Of a DNA stretch of 64,000 nt, positions 29,421 through 40,167 are shown piece by piece. The stretch is from an uncultured Chloroflexia bacterium (GTDB lineage: Bacteria; Chloroflexota; Limnocylindria; Limnocylindrales; CSP1-4). The stretch covers positions 28,331 to 92,330 of the forward strand of contig CAVXPZ010000002.1 in NCBI GenBank assembly GCA_963763775.1. The letters are read 5' to 3'. The notes beneath the pieces were generated by a model, which was not told where the DNA came from, made no database searches, and worked only from the letters and a program-made list of their open reading frames with translations. The position numbers and the translations under genes were made by a program. The stretch's first letter is position 1. Each line of letters begins with the position of its first letter.

Positions 29421-30129
29421 CGAGCTGGGTGCCCGACGTGTCGCAGTCGTCCGCGTGGACCGACGGGCCGAGCGTCCCCTCGACCCGCCCGTAGGCGTCG
29501 CTGTCCCGGATGCGCACGACGCGGTCGGTGTGCGGCGCCAGCGCCGCAGCCACGGCGCGGCGGTTGATCCGATCCCACCGTCCGGCGGCGATGTCGTCTG
29601 GGACATCCGGTCCTGTTCGCCGCCAGTAGTAGCCGGACACGTCCCACAACTCCTGCAACAGGTCGACGCCGTGCCGGAGATACGCTCGAGGACGGATGAC
29701 CCGGTGGATGCCTTCGTGCTGGAGCGACTCCCGAGCCCGGGAGCGACGCACGCGGTGGAGGATCCGCGTCGTGACCGTCACGAGTCCCGGGTGGTCGAGC
29801 CAGACGATCGTCTCCGCTCGCTCAAGGAGTGGGTCGGTCCAGTCGAGGAAGGCGCCCTCCGCGATCCATCGCGGCCCCTCGGCCATCTGCTCCACGATCC
29901 GGCGGCGGTCGGCGAGGGGCCGCGGCTCGAAGGCGGTCGTAGGACGATCGTCGACCGGGGCATGCAGGGCGCCCGGGTCGGCGTCGCCGCCGACAGCCGC
30001 GACGCTGTCGAGATGGAAGACCGGAAGGCCCAGGCGGTCCGAGAGCCGTAGAGCGAGTGTGGTCTTCCCGGTCGCCGACGATCCGATGATCATGACCCGA
30101 CAGGGACGGTTCGACCGCTCAGCGCTCAT
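29410..30129 (-). CDS. P-loop NTPase/small-molecule kinase (AAA_33/shikimate-kinase-like fold)
   Basis: Walker A GSSATGKTT near the N-terminus. The ATG overlaps the upstream gene's stop by 11 nt. An alternative ATG lies at 30093. Confidence 0.55.
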   Translation of the reverse strand: MSAERSNRPCRVMIIGSSATGKTTLALRLSDRLGLPVFHLDSVAAVGGDADPGALHAPVDDRPTTAFEPRPLADRRRIVEQMAEGPRWIAEGAFLDWTDPLLERAETIVWLDHPGLVTVTTRILHRVRRSRARESLQHEGIHRVIRPRAYLRHGVDLLQELWDVSGYYWRRTGPDVPDDIAAGRWDRINRRAVAAALAPHTDRVVRIRDSDAYGRVEGTLGPSVHADDCDTSGTQLATG

Positions 30130-32647
30130 CGATGACGAGCGCGGCGTCCATGGCCGCGTCCAGGGCTGGGTCCAGGGCCGGTTCGAGGGCCGGTTCGAGA
30201 CTCTGCGTGTCGTGGTGCAGGTGCGTGACCATGCGCTCCTTGGCGTACTGCAGCAGCCACGTCGGCGCGAGGATCGACCCCGCGGCGAAGACGAGACCCG
30301 AAGGACGCAGCACGACGCCCGGACTCCATTTCGCGGCCCGGATGACGTCCGAGAGGGCCCCCCTGCGGCCCTTGCCCTGCGGAAGCACACGATGCTGCGC
30401 GGCCCGCTGGAGGTGCGACCGGCCGATCGCGTTGATCAGGCGGCGGCGCTCGCGCGATGAGAGGCCACGCACTTCGTCATGGGCGTGCAGGGCATTCTGG
30501 TAGGCCAACCCGACGACCGTGTCGCCGACGCCGCTCGCTCGATTGAACTGCAGCCGCTGCGGGCCGTCGGAGTCGTCGCGGACGGTGTAGTCGAGAAGCT
30601 CGTCCATGAGGTACGCGACGTGCCCATACGCGCCGACGCGCATCGTCGATTCGAAGTCGGCCGACAGCCCGACCTCGGGCCGGAAGAGCCCGCCGGACTC
30701 GGCGACCACGCGACGGCTGACGACGACCGAACCCACCTGCCACGGTGGCTGACCGTCGCCGGTGCAGAGTTCGAGCCACTCGCTCGGTGAGTAGACGCCG
30801 TCGCGGACCGGGAACTTGGCCTTCGTTCCGTACCAGACGCGATCGGCCGATCCGCCGTCGGGGTAGACCCGTCGGCAGGACGAGAGCGCCATGGCGAGCC
30901 TCGGGACCTGCGGCTCGAACCACTCGATCGCGGCGGCCAGCCGTTGGAGGCAGTCGGGTCGGATCCGGTCGTCGGCGGCGAGCGACTGGATCCAGTCGCT
31001 CTCGCACAGTCCCGCCGTCCGGTTCCAGCTCTCCAGGATCGACACCCCGTGGTCGAAGCGGTGGTACCGGATCCGCGGGTCGTCATAGCGCCCGACCACC
31101 GACGCGATGTCCTCCGTGGACGCGTTGTCGCCGATGACGAGCTCCCAGTGCTGGTAGGTCTGCTGGAGCACGCTCTCGATGGCCCGCGGCAGCCACTTGG
31201 AGTCATTCCGCACCGGGATGAAGACCGAGATCGCGACCGAGGGCGACGGGATGTCCGCGATGATCCGGTCGCTCAGCGGGACGACCCGCTCGAGCGTCGC
31301 CGGGAGCGTGACCGGTCCGACGGGGACGGTCAGGGCGTCCACGGTCGCGCGGGTCATGTACCGGTCTGGGTCCGACGTCGTCGCCGCGCCGAACACCTCG
31401 CGGACCATGAGCAGCGCGGTCACGCACAGCCCGATGAACCAGCCGATGGCCAGCCCGGTCACCTCGTCGCGGACGGCACCGGCCCACGCCAGGGCGATCT
31501 GGAGGATCGCGCCGAACACGAGGATCGCGACGGTGCCACGCATCTCGTGACGGATCCGGCGCAAGGCGATCCAGTGGTCGATCACGATCAACGGGATCGC
31601 GCAGGCGGCCAGCCAGGGGAGGCTGGCGCCGGCCAGCTCGACGTACGTCGGCCCGAAGAGGCCGAGCAGCCACGGGCCAAGGACCCAGAGGACCGCGATC
31701 CCGACAGCCACGATGGCACTCGACAGCGCGAGGGTGACCCGCAACTGGTGCTGGAACGCCCGTGGGGACCGCTCGCCGACGGCATAGAGCGTGAAGGTCG
31801 CCGACGATGCGATGACCTGGAGCGCCGTCGTGAGGATCAGCGCGACATAGAAGGCGGCGTTGGCCGTCGCCGACAGCACGCCCGTGACCAGGACCGGCAT
31901 GAACAGCGCAGGGCCGGTGCGAGCCGCGCTGATCGCGTGGTGGCCGGCCGCGCTCCTCGCCAGCCGGGAGACGGCGCGCCACTCGAAGGCGACGGTGATC
32001 CGCTCGTCCGATCGGCGAGTGGCCAGGATGGCGACGTACGAGAAGGCATCGCCCAGGGCCCACACACCGAAGATGACGAGGGCGCTCGACCCGCCGAAGA
32101 CCAGGGCCGCCACGAGGAGGAAGACCAGCTTTCCGCCGGCGAAGGCCACGTTCCGGAAGAGCTGGAGTTCGCCCAGGCGCATCCCGAGCAGGATCTGGTC
32201 CATCACCACGCTGGCGGCCGCCAGGCCCACGCCGATGGCGAAGAGCGCGACGAACGGGAGGCTCGCGACCAGGGGGCGGTACTCATTGGAGAAGAACGGC
32301 GCGATGACCGAGAACAGCAGCCCGAGCACCGCACCGATGGCCACGGCGATCAGGATGGCTGTCGCGATGAGCTGCGCCCGTCGCCCGGCATAGCTCGGGA
32401 CGAAGCCGGCCAGCGCGGTACCGAGTCCGCTCACGGTCAACCGCGCGATCAGGACGCTCGCCGAGATCGTGGCGCTGGCCAACCCGACCGCCTCGGGCGT
32501 GAACGTCCGGCTCGCCGCCCACCAGAAGACGAAGCCGAGCATCGAGTTGACGGTCCAGGCGGCGACCATCATGCCGGTGGTCGCGATGATCACGCGCGAT
32601 CGGCCGAAGAGGCCGAGGGCCTGTTCGATCGAGGTCAGGAAAGTCAC
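30119..32647 (-). CDS. fusion of MOP-superfamily polysaccharide flippase (Wzx-like, about 430 aa, at least 12 TM) and a C-terminal GT2 glycosyltransferase domain
   Basis: Continuous 842-aa ORF. N-terminal multi-TM region, then ISVFIPVRNDSKWLPRAIESVLQQTYQHWELVIGDNASTEDI (GT2 with D-x-D). Confidence 0.7.
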   Translation of the reverse strand: MTFLTSIEQALGLFGRSRVIIATTGMMVAAWTVNSMLGFVFWWAASRTFTPEAVGLASATISASVLIARLTVSGLGTALAGFVPSYAGRRAQLIATAILIAVAIGAVLGLLFSVIAPFFSNEYRPLVASLPFVALFAIGVGLAAASVVMDQILLGMRLGELQLFRNVAFAGGKLVFLLVAALVFGGSSALVIFGVWALGDAFSYVAILATRRSDERITVAFEWRAVSRLARSAAGHHAISAARTGPALFMPVLVTGVLSATANAAFYVALILTTALQVIASSATFTLYAVGERSPRAFQHQLRVTLALSSAIVAVGIAVLWVLGPWLLGLFGPTYVELAGASLPWLAACAIPLIVIDHWIALRRIRHEMRGTVAILVFGAILQIALAWAGAVRDEVTGLAIGWFIGLCVTALLMVREVFGAATTSDPDRYMTRATVDALTVPVGPVTLPATLERVVPLSDRIIADIPSPSVAISVFIPVRNDSKWLPRAIESVLQQTYQHWELVIGDNASTEDIASVVGRYDDPRIRYHRFDHGVSILESWNRTAGLCESDWIQSLAADDRIRPDCLQRLAAAIEWFEPQVPRLAMALSSCRRVYPDGGSADRVWYGTKAKFPVRDGVYSPSEWLELCTGDGQPPWQVGSVVVSRRVVAESGGLFRPEVGLSADFESTMRVGAYGHVAYLMDELLDYTVRDDSDGPQRLQFNRASGVGDTVVGLAYQNALHAHDEVRGLSSRERRRLINAIGRSHLQRAAQHRVLPQGKGRRGALSDVIRAAKWSPGVVLRPSGLVFAAGSILAPTWLLQYAKERMVTHLHHDTQSLEPALEPALDPALDAAMDAALVIDER

Positions 32648-32977
32648 GGGTCGGTTCGGTCCATGGGTGTCGCGGGATGGTCCGGATGGATGGGTCGGAT
32701 GATCGGCTGAGCATACCCGGCAATGCGCCGGGTGCCGTTGTCAGGGTGCAACGGAACTCGCTCCGCCGGACCCCTGACCTTCTGGCCAGCGCCTCGTCCA
32801 CGGTCCCGGACCATCCCGCCATCGACTTCCGGCGGACCGCCACGGATACTGCAGGCCGGTCCAGACGCGCCCCGGGGACGCTGGACACCCCACGAACGAG
32901 CACACCCGCTGCGAGGCGGGGCCGCAAAGCCACGGGACTCTCGGAGTCAGCCGGGTTGCCGAATGAGGTGGATATCG

Positions 32978-34799
32978 ATGTATTGGGATGGAGAACGCTG
33001 GCTCGACGAGGAGCGCCCCACCCGCCGACGGAACCCGGGTACACAGCGAACCCGAACCCGCGATTGGATCGCGACAGGGATCATGGCGATCGCGCTTGTC
33101 GCCCTCGTGCTTCCCCTGGGGGCGACCTTTGCGGCGACCCGCCCAGCTGGGCGCCAGCTGTTGTCCGACTGGTCGGCACGCGCGAGGGTGCGCGTCTACC
33201 AAGAGAACAGTGACGCGATGACGTATCGCGGGCATTGGGTCAAGGCCATCTACCCCGGCTACCTGGGCCGGGGGGCACGGGCGTCCGATGTCGCCGGAGC
33301 GAAGGCGAGCCTGAAGTTCCGCGGTGCGGCCGTCTCCTGGATCGGGCCGGTCGGCCCGACGCGCGGGAAGGCGAAGGTCTACATCGACGGCGAGTATGTC
33401 GCCACGGTCGACACCCATGCCGCATCGTTCAAGCCCACGCGTGTCCTCTTCAAGACCTCCTTCAAGAAGGTCGGCGTGCACCGGATCACCGTGATCAACC
33501 AGGGAACAGCGGGCCATCCGACGGTCGCCGTCGATGCGTTCGCCATCCGTGGCGTCAACACGGCCGAGGCCGATCCGGTCCAGGGACCGCCCGCGCCGCC
33601 GGCGGACCCGACACCCGCCGACCCGACGCCGAAGCCGACGGCCGATCCGACTCCGACGCCGAAGCCGACCGCGGATCCGACCCCCACGCCGAAGCCGGCC
33701 GACACCCCGCCGCCCACGCCGACGCCGACACCGACACCGACACCCACGCCGGTGCCGACCCCGACACCCACGCCGAAGCCGACGCCGACCCCGACGCCGC
33801 GCGTCGTCATCCTCGACCCGCCGGCTGCCACACCCACGCCCACACCCACGCCGACGCCGACGCCTGCTCCGACGCCGACGCCCGCTCCCACGCCGGCGCC
33901 CACGCCGAGCCCGGTGCCGACGCCGGCACCCACGCCAAGCCCCGTCCCGACACCGGCTCCCACACCGGTGCCGACACCCGTCCCGACTCCGGTCGCGACG
34001 CCCACGCCGACGCCGACGCCGAAGCCCACACCGACCCCGACACCGGTGCCGACGCCCGTTCCGACGCCGGTCCCCACCCCAGTCCCGACCCCGGGATCGG
34101 GCACCTCGATGCCGACGTCTGACCTCCCCGGCTGGAAGCTGGTCTTCAACGACGACTTCAACACGCCGGTCGCCCTCGGCAGCTTCCCGAGCGCCGTGTC
34201 CAGCAAGTGGGGCGCCTACCCATCCGGGTGGACCGACACGAGCAAGCACGGTGTCTACTCACCCGAGATCGTGAGCATCAACAACTCGATGATGGACGTG
34301 TGGGTCCACACCGAGAACGGGATCCACAAGGTCGCTGCACCCGACGCCGAAGGTGCCCGGCGGCGACCAGACCTACGGCCGGTACGCGATCCGCTTCCGG
34401 GCGGACGCGGTCAAGGGCTACAAGGCGGCCTGGCTGCTCTGGCCGAAGTCCGGCACGTGGCCGCGCGACGGGGAGATCGACTTCCCGGAAGGCAACCTCG
34501 ATCAGAAGATCTCGGCGTTCATGCATCGCCAGGGGGCGACCGCCGGTTCCGACCAGGATGCCTACAACACGCAGTCGACCTTCACCTCATGGCACACCGC
34601 CGTCATCGAATGGGGGCCGGGACAGACCCGCTTCCTCCTCGACGGCACGGTGATCGGCACGTCGACCAGCCGGATCCCGAACACGGCGATGCACTGGGTC
34701 ATCCAGACCGAGACGGCGCTGGACGGGACGACGCCGGCCGACAGCGCTCAGGGCCACGTCCAGATCGACTGGGTCGCGGTCTGGTCGTACGCCCCCTAG
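32978..34799 (+). CDS. membrane-anchored GH16-family glycoside hydrolase with a 180-aa Pro/Thr linker; apparent frameshift near 34335
   Basis: ATG 6 nt after GAGGTGG. One TM helix, an N-terminal domain, a (PT)n linker, then a GH16 catalytic region split across two frames (...NGIHKVAAP / [20 protein letters not shown]...GEIDFPEG with the catalytic E-I-D-x-x-E). Confidence 0.65.
33584..34124. repeat. Pro-Thr-coding tandem low-complexity repeat inside the GH16 gene
   Basis: About 540 nt of ccgac[gc]cc-type units encoding PTPTP/PVPTP/PKPTP repeats. Confidence 0.7.
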
Positions 34800-34846
34800 C
34801 CCATCTGGCGGGTTCGACCGCCACCCACGGACACCGATACCGCGAC

Positions 34847-34908
34847 GGCCGGACCTCCTGGTCCGGCCGTCGTCCTTGTCGAGCCCGTCCCGCGTCGCCG
34901 CGCGGGAC
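34847..34908. terminator. two tandem GC-rich hairpins between convergent genes (bidirectional terminator candidates)
   Basis: GGCCGGACC-tcct-GGTCCGGCC at 34847-34868 and GTCCCGCG-tcgccg-CGCGGGAC at 34887-34908. Confidence 0.5.
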
Positions 34909-34914
34909 GTCGGT

Positions 34915-36155
34915 CAGCGAATCTCGGGCGACGGGATCGGCACGATGAAGCGGCCGCCTCGTCGGACGTACTCGGCCTGCTGGCGGATGATCTCGTCGGC
35001 GAAGTTCCAGGCGAGGAGCAGGACGTAGTCGGGCTGCCGCTCGAGCAGCGCGCTCGGCGTCGACGATCGGCAGTCGGGCGCCGGGCGTCCAATGCCCCTG
35101 CTTGTGAGGATTCCGGTCGGCGACGAAGTCGATCGTGCGATGGTCGATCCCCGCGTAGTTCAGGAGCGTCGCGCCCTTCGCGGTGGCCCCGTAGGCCGCG
35201 ACCGACCGGCCCTCGGCACGGAGGCCGCGCCAGGAGTCGCCGCAACGAGTCGGCGATCCCCTCGACGCGCGCGGCGAAGTCCGCGTACGCGCCCGATCGT
35301 CGTGAAGCCTCGCTCGCGCTCCTCGGCGAGATACGACCGGACGCGATCGGTCGGAGCCTCGACCGGGCTGATCCACCAGCGCAGCGTGCCACCGTGCAAC
35401 TTCGGGAAGTAGTCGACGTCGTTGAGGAACAGGCCGTGGCGTCGCATCAGGGCGTCGACCGCACTGCACGAGAAGTAGCACCAGTGCTCGTGATAGATGG
35501 TGTCGAACTCGGCGTGGTCGACGAGGTCGCGCACGTACGGGTTTTCGACGGTGATGACGCCGTCGTCGGCGATCAGCTCGCGGAACCCTTCGACGAACCC
35601 GTTGAGGTCGGGCACGTGGGCCATGACGTTGTTGGCCACGATGACGTCGGCCGGACCGTACTCGCGACGCAGGTCGGCCGCCATCCCGGTGCCGAAGAAC
35701 GTCTGCAGTGTCGGGATCCCGAGATCCCGCGCGGCCGCCGCCGGGCCCGCCGTCGGCTCGATCCCCAGGACGGGGACACCCCGTTCCATCGCGTGGCGCA
35801 GCAGATAGCCGTCGTTGCTCGCGACCTCGACGAGCAGCTTGCCCGGCCCGAGCCGGCCCGTCGCGATCAGCCCTTCGACGTGCTCGAGCGAGTGGGCCAG
35901 GAGGTCGTCGGAGTACGACGAGAAGTAGGGATACGCATCATCGAAGATCGCATCGGCCGGCAGCGCGTACGTGAGCTGCACGAGCGTGCAGGTCTCGCAG
36001 AACCCGACGGCGAGCGGGAACCGCGGCTCCTCGCGCGCAAGGTCGTCCTCGCCGAGCAGGGCGTTCGCGATCGGCGTGGCCCCCAGCGACAGGAACGGCC
36101 GCAGCTCGGGCGAGCCGCAGGAACGACAGGTCGCGACGCGAGCGCCCTCAGACAT
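34915..36155 (-). CDS. NDP-sugar C-methyltransferase (TylCIII-like: zinc-finger N-domain, class I MTase, C-methyltransferase C-domain); two apparent frameshifts (about 35230-35300 and about 35005)
   Basis: N-terminal CRSCGS...CETC zinc ribbon and methyltransferase core. The C-domain [54 protein letters not shown] and the tail [44 protein letters not shown]-stop lie in two other frames. Confidence 0.65.
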
Positions 36156-37219
36156 CCGAACCCGCGCCCCCCTGGACCGTCGCGACCTGGGGCGACGACA
36201 CCCACCGGAGCTCCTCGTCGAGCCGGCCGGCTGCCTGGAGCTCGTTGATCCGGGCCAGCCGGGTGTAGCGCGGCCCGTTCAGATCCTCGATCGTGAGGCC
36301 GCGGAGGCGATAGGCGTCGGCGAGCTCGCGGATGCCGGCGTCGACGGTCCAGGTGGGCGCGGCCGACGGCACGCGCTCGTGCAGCTTGGAGAAATCGACG
36401 CGGTAGTCCCGGGCGTCCGAGCCGGCGCCATCCGCGAACGTCACCTCGCTCCCGGGGATCGCCGCCTGGACCAGCTCCGCCACGGTGCGGATCTGCAGGT
36501 TCGTGTCGTCCCGGCCGACGTTGAAGGCCTCGTCGTGGATCGTCTCGCGATCGACATCGAGCATCGCGATGAAGGCGTTGGCGATGTCGCGGACGTGGAC
36601 CAGCGGCCGCCACTGACGCCCGTCGCTCTGCAGCCGCACCTGCCCGGTCGCATGGGCCCAGCCCGTCAGGTTGTTGATGACGATGTCGCCCCGGAGGCGC
36701 GACGACACGCCGAACGCGGTCGCGTTCCGCAGATACGTCGGCGAGAACGACCGGTCGGCGAGCTCGTGGATCGCCTGCTCCGCGAGGATCTTCGACTCGC
36801 CATAGGGCGTGACGGGATTGAAGGCCGCGTCCTCGTCGACCGGGGCGTCGCCCGCGGCACCGTACAGGCTGCACGACGACGAGAAGAGGAACCGCGTCAC
36901 GCCGGCCGCCTTCGCGACGCGGGCGAGGTCGACCGAGGCGTGGGCGTTCACCGCGTAGGTGGAGGCCGGGTTCAGGTAGCCGATCGGGTCGTTCGAGATG
37001 GCCGCGAGGTGGATCACGGCGTCGATGCCGTCAAGGTCGGCGACGGTCGACGTCCCGGATGTCGCGCTCGATCGACGGGATGGCGCCCGGCGCGGGGCCG
37101 AAGTCGCACCCGACGTAGAACCCCGTGTCGAGGCCGACGGCTTCGTGGCCCGCCGCAACCAGCATCGGGACGAGCACGGCCCCGATATATCCCTCGTGTC
37201 CCGTCACGAGTACGCGCAC
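36148..37219 (-). CDS. NAD-dependent epimerase/dehydratase (extended SDR, NDP-sugar modifying); apparent frameshift near 37040
   Basis: GTG start after AGGGGGA. N-terminal VLVTGHEGYIGAVLVPMLVAAGHEAVGLD (Rossmann GxxGxxG) in one frame, the rest (...DAVIHLAAISNDPIGY...YGESK) in another. Confidence 0.7.
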
Positions 37220-37346
37220 GTCTGTCCCCCTGGCACGATGGCCCGTCGTCGATGGAACCGGCACACCTCGGCGCCGGTTGCCAACCATAGCGTCACGGGC
37301 CGATCCGGGGAATTGCCTTCGGTGTCACCGCGCACCGGGAAGCGCG

Positions 37347-37946
37347 TCAGCCTGCGGCGGGACCGCCTTCGGGCGGGGTGTCGCCGAACCACACGGCGAG
37401 CTGGTCGCGAAGATCCGCGAGCGCCGGCAGCCCGCGGTCGCGCTCGGAGAGGACCGTCGGCGCGATCGGCCACGGGATGGCCAGCTCCGGGTCATCCCAG
37501 GCCACGCCGACCTCGAGCGCCGGGGCGTACACCGCGTCGTGCTTGTAGCAGATGTCGGCCAGATCGGAGAGCACGAGGTAGCCGTGCGCACAGCCGGGCG
37601 GGACGAACAGCTCGTGGTGCTCCACGTCGTCAAGGAGCACGTGGTCCTGCACGAGGAACGTCGGCGACCACGGGCGAAGGTCGACGACGGCCTCGAAGAC
37701 CGTGCCGCGGGCGCACCGGACGAGCTTGCCCTCCCGGAGCTCGCGACGGCAGTGGAGGCCGCGCAGTGTCCCCCGGCCGGATCGTGACTGGTTCTCCTGG
37801 ACGAAGGATGCGGGATCGATCCCGGCGGTCCTGGCCGTGGCGGCGTCGAACGTGCGGACGAAGAAGCCACGCTCGTCGCGGATCGGCGCGGGCTCGATGT
37901 GCCACGACCCGAAGATGATGCCGGGGCGGATGACGGGCTCGGCCAT
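37347..37946 (-). CDS. NDP-4-dehydro-6-deoxyhexose 3,5-epimerase (RmlC family cupin)
   Basis: Similarity to dTDP-4-dehydrorhamnose 3,5-epimerase (...GTLRGLH...KLVRCARGTVFEAVVDLR...PGCAHGYLVLSD...YAP...WDDPEL). Confidence 0.8.
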   Translation of the reverse strand: MAEPVIRPGIIFGSWHIEPAPIRDERGFFVRTFDAATARTAGIDPASFVQENQSRSGRGTLRGLHCRRELREGKLVRCARGTVFEAVVDLRPWSPTFLVQDHVLLDDVEHHELFVPPGCAHGYLVLSDLADICYKHDAVYAPALEVGVAWDDPELAIPWPIAPTVLSERDRGLPALADLRDQLAVWFGDTPPEGGPAAG

Positions 37947-37952
37947 GCCGAT

Positions 37953-39260
37953 ATGATGCCGGATGTGCCCCACGCCGACGCTTCCCTGACGACCGACGAA
38001 CTGGCGGCGCTCGCCGCCCGGCTGTACCCCATCCGGCGGAGTCTCACGGGTCCAGGCGTACGCGAGACCCTTGGCGTGATCGGCGAGGTCATCCCGCTCG
38101 ACGTCCACGAGGTCCCGACCGGGACCCCGGCCCTGGACTGGACCGTCCCGAGGGAGTGGATCCTGCGCGACGCCTGGGTCGAGGACCCGTCCGGCCGACG
38201 CGTCATCGATGTCGCCGACCATCCGCTGCATGTCGTCGGGTACAGCGTGCCGGTCGACCTCGAGGTCGACCTGGCCGAGCTCCGCGAACACCTCCATGGG
38301 ATCCCGGAGCGGCCGGACTGGATCCCCTATCGGACGTCCTACTACCGTGAGACGTGGGGGTTCTGCGCCACCCAGCGGACGATCGACGCCCTGCCGGAGG
38401 GCCGGTATCGCGTCCGGATCGATGCCGACCTGATCGATGGCTCGCTGACCTACGGCGAGCTCGTGATCCCCGGCGCGAGTCCCGACGAAGTCGTGATCAC
38501 CACGCACATCTGTCATCCGGCCATGGCCAATGACAACGCCTCGGGCATGACGGTGGCCACCGCGCTCGCCCACTGGCTTGCCACAGGATCGCGCCGCCTG
38601 ACCTATCGGATCCTGTTCCTGCCGGGCACGATCGGCTCGCTGACCTGGCTCGGGCGCCACCGCGACGACCTCGGCCGGATCCGCCACGGCCTGACGCTCG
38701 CGGGGATCGGCGATCGCGGCGACCACACGTACAAGCAGACCGAGGCGGAGGGCGCGCCGATCGATCGGGCGGTCGCCCTGGCCCTGCGGGATGCCGGCGC
38801 GCCGTACCAGGTCCGGCCGTTCTCGCCGTGGGGGTATGACGAGCGACAGTTCAACTCCCCGGGGTTCCGGCTGCCGGTCGGGCTGCTGATGCGGACGCCG
38901 CACGGCACGTACCCCGAGTACCACACCTCCGCGGACGACCTCGGCTTCATCGACACGGACCAGCTCTCGGAGAGCGTCGCCGTGCTGCGGCAGGTCGTCG
39001 CGATCCTCGAGCGCGACCGGTCGGTCCGCAACCTGGAGCCGTTCGGCGAGCCACAGCTGGGTCGGCGAGGCCTGTACGGCATGGTCGGCGGCCGGAGCGG
39101 CGTGGCGCTGGACGAGCTGGCCATCCTGTGGGTCCTCAACCAGGGCGACGGACGGCATCGGCTCATCGATATCGCCGAGCGAAGCGACCTGCCGTTCGAA
39201 CGCATCGCCGACGCGGCCGACGCCCTCGAGGCCGCCGGGTTGCTCGAGGCGACCTGGTGA
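37953..39260 (+). CDS. DUF4910/aminopeptidase-like-domain protein (M28-like fold), common in polysaccharide loci
   Basis: N-terminal ...LAARLYPIRRSLTGPGVRETL and a central peptidase-like domain. Its start codon lies 6 bp from the divergent rmlC-like start. Confidence 0.65.
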   Translation: MMPDVPHADASLTTDELAALAARLYPIRRSLTGPGVRETLGVIGEVIPLDVHEVPTGTPALDWTVPREWILRDAWVEDPSGRRVIDVADHPLHVVGYSVPVDLEVDLAELREHLHGIPERPDWIPYRTSYYRETWGFCATQRTIDALPEGRYRVRIDADLIDGSLTYGELVIPGASPDEVVITTHICHPAMANDNASGMTVATALAHWLATGSRRLTYRILFLPGTIGSLTWLGRHRDDLGRIRHGLTLAGIGDRGDHTYKQTEAEGAPIDRAVALALRDAGAPYQVRPFSPWGYDERQFNSPGFRLPVGLLMRTPHGTYPEYHTSADDLGFIDTDQLSESVAVLRQVVAILERDRSVRNLEPFGEPQLGRRGLYGMVGGRSGVALDELAILWVLNQGDGRHRLIDIAERSDLPFERIADAADALEAAGLLEATW

Positions 39261-39363
39261 TCCGACCGGTGCCGCCGGTCACCACCGAAGGCCCGGCGGG
39301 TCCCGCTCGCACCAGGACCTTTGGCACACTGGGGCCGAAGGACGGCGCGGTCGCCGTCGGCCG

Positions 39364-40167
39364 ATGGGGGAATCCGTGAAGGTCGTCCTGTTCTGCGGGG
39401 GTCAGGGGCTCCGCCTGCGCGAGTACAGCGAGGCGATCCCGAAGCCCATGGTGCCCATCGGGACGCGCCCGATCCTGTGGCACGTCATGCGCTACTACGC
39501 CCATTTCGGCCATCGCGACTTCGTGCTGTGCCTCGGGTATCGCGCCGAGGTGGTGAAGGATTACTTCCTCCGGTACAACGAGGCGATCTCGAACGACTTC
39601 GTCCTGACCGAGGGCGGCCGGTCCCTGGAGCTGCTCAGCACGGATATCGACGATTGGCGGATCACCTTCGCGGACACGGGACTGCTGGCCAACATCGGGC
39701 AGCGGCTGCGGGCCGTCCGCCGGCATCTCGGCGACGACGACATGTTCCTCGCCAACTACGGCGACACCCTCACCGACGCGCCGCTCGACGAGCTGATCGA
39801 GACGTTCCGCCAGTCCGACAAGGTCGCGGCGTTCCTGGCGATCCGACCGACCTACAGCTTCCACCTCGTCGACACGGAGCAGGACGGCACCGTCCGCGGG
39901 ATCGAGCACGTCCAGGAATCGGGCACGAGGATCAACGGCGGCTACTTCATCTTCCGCCGCGAGATCTTCGACTACATCAACGACGGCGACGAGCTCGTGG
40001 AGGAGCCGTTCGTCCGACTCGTCGAGCAGCGAAAGCTGATGGCGTTCCGGTACGACGGGTTCTGGGCACCGATGGACACGCTCAAGGACAAGCAGGAACG
40101 CGACGCGGAATGGGACCAGGGCGACCCGCCGTGGGCGGTCTGGCGACGCGGGGACCAGGCGCCTTGA
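39364..40167 (+). CDS. rfbF: glucose-1-phosphate cytidylyltransferase
   Basis: VKVVLFCGGQGLRLREYSEAIPKPMVPIGTRPILWHVMRYYAHFGHRDFVLCLGY matches the RfbF/DdhA signature. An alternative GTG start lies at 39376. Confidence 0.8.
   Translation: MGESVKVVLFCGGQGLRLREYSEAIPKPMVPIGTRPILWHVMRYYAHFGHRDFVLCLGYRAEVVKDYFLRYNEAISNDFVLTEGGRSLELLSTDIDDWRITFADTGLLANIGQRLRAVRRHLGDDDMFLANYGDTLTDAPLDELIETFRQSDKVAAFLAIRPTYSFHLVDTEQDGTVRGIEHVQESGTRINGGYFIFRREIFDYINDGDELVEEPFVRLVEQRKLMAFRYDGFWAPMDTLKDKQERDAEWDQGDPPWAVWRRGDQAP

Noticed and set aside
32741-34249. 502-aa minus-strand ORF rich in Arg/Gly/Cys
   Set aside because: Antisense to the GH16 gene. It derives from the Pro-Thr codon repeats
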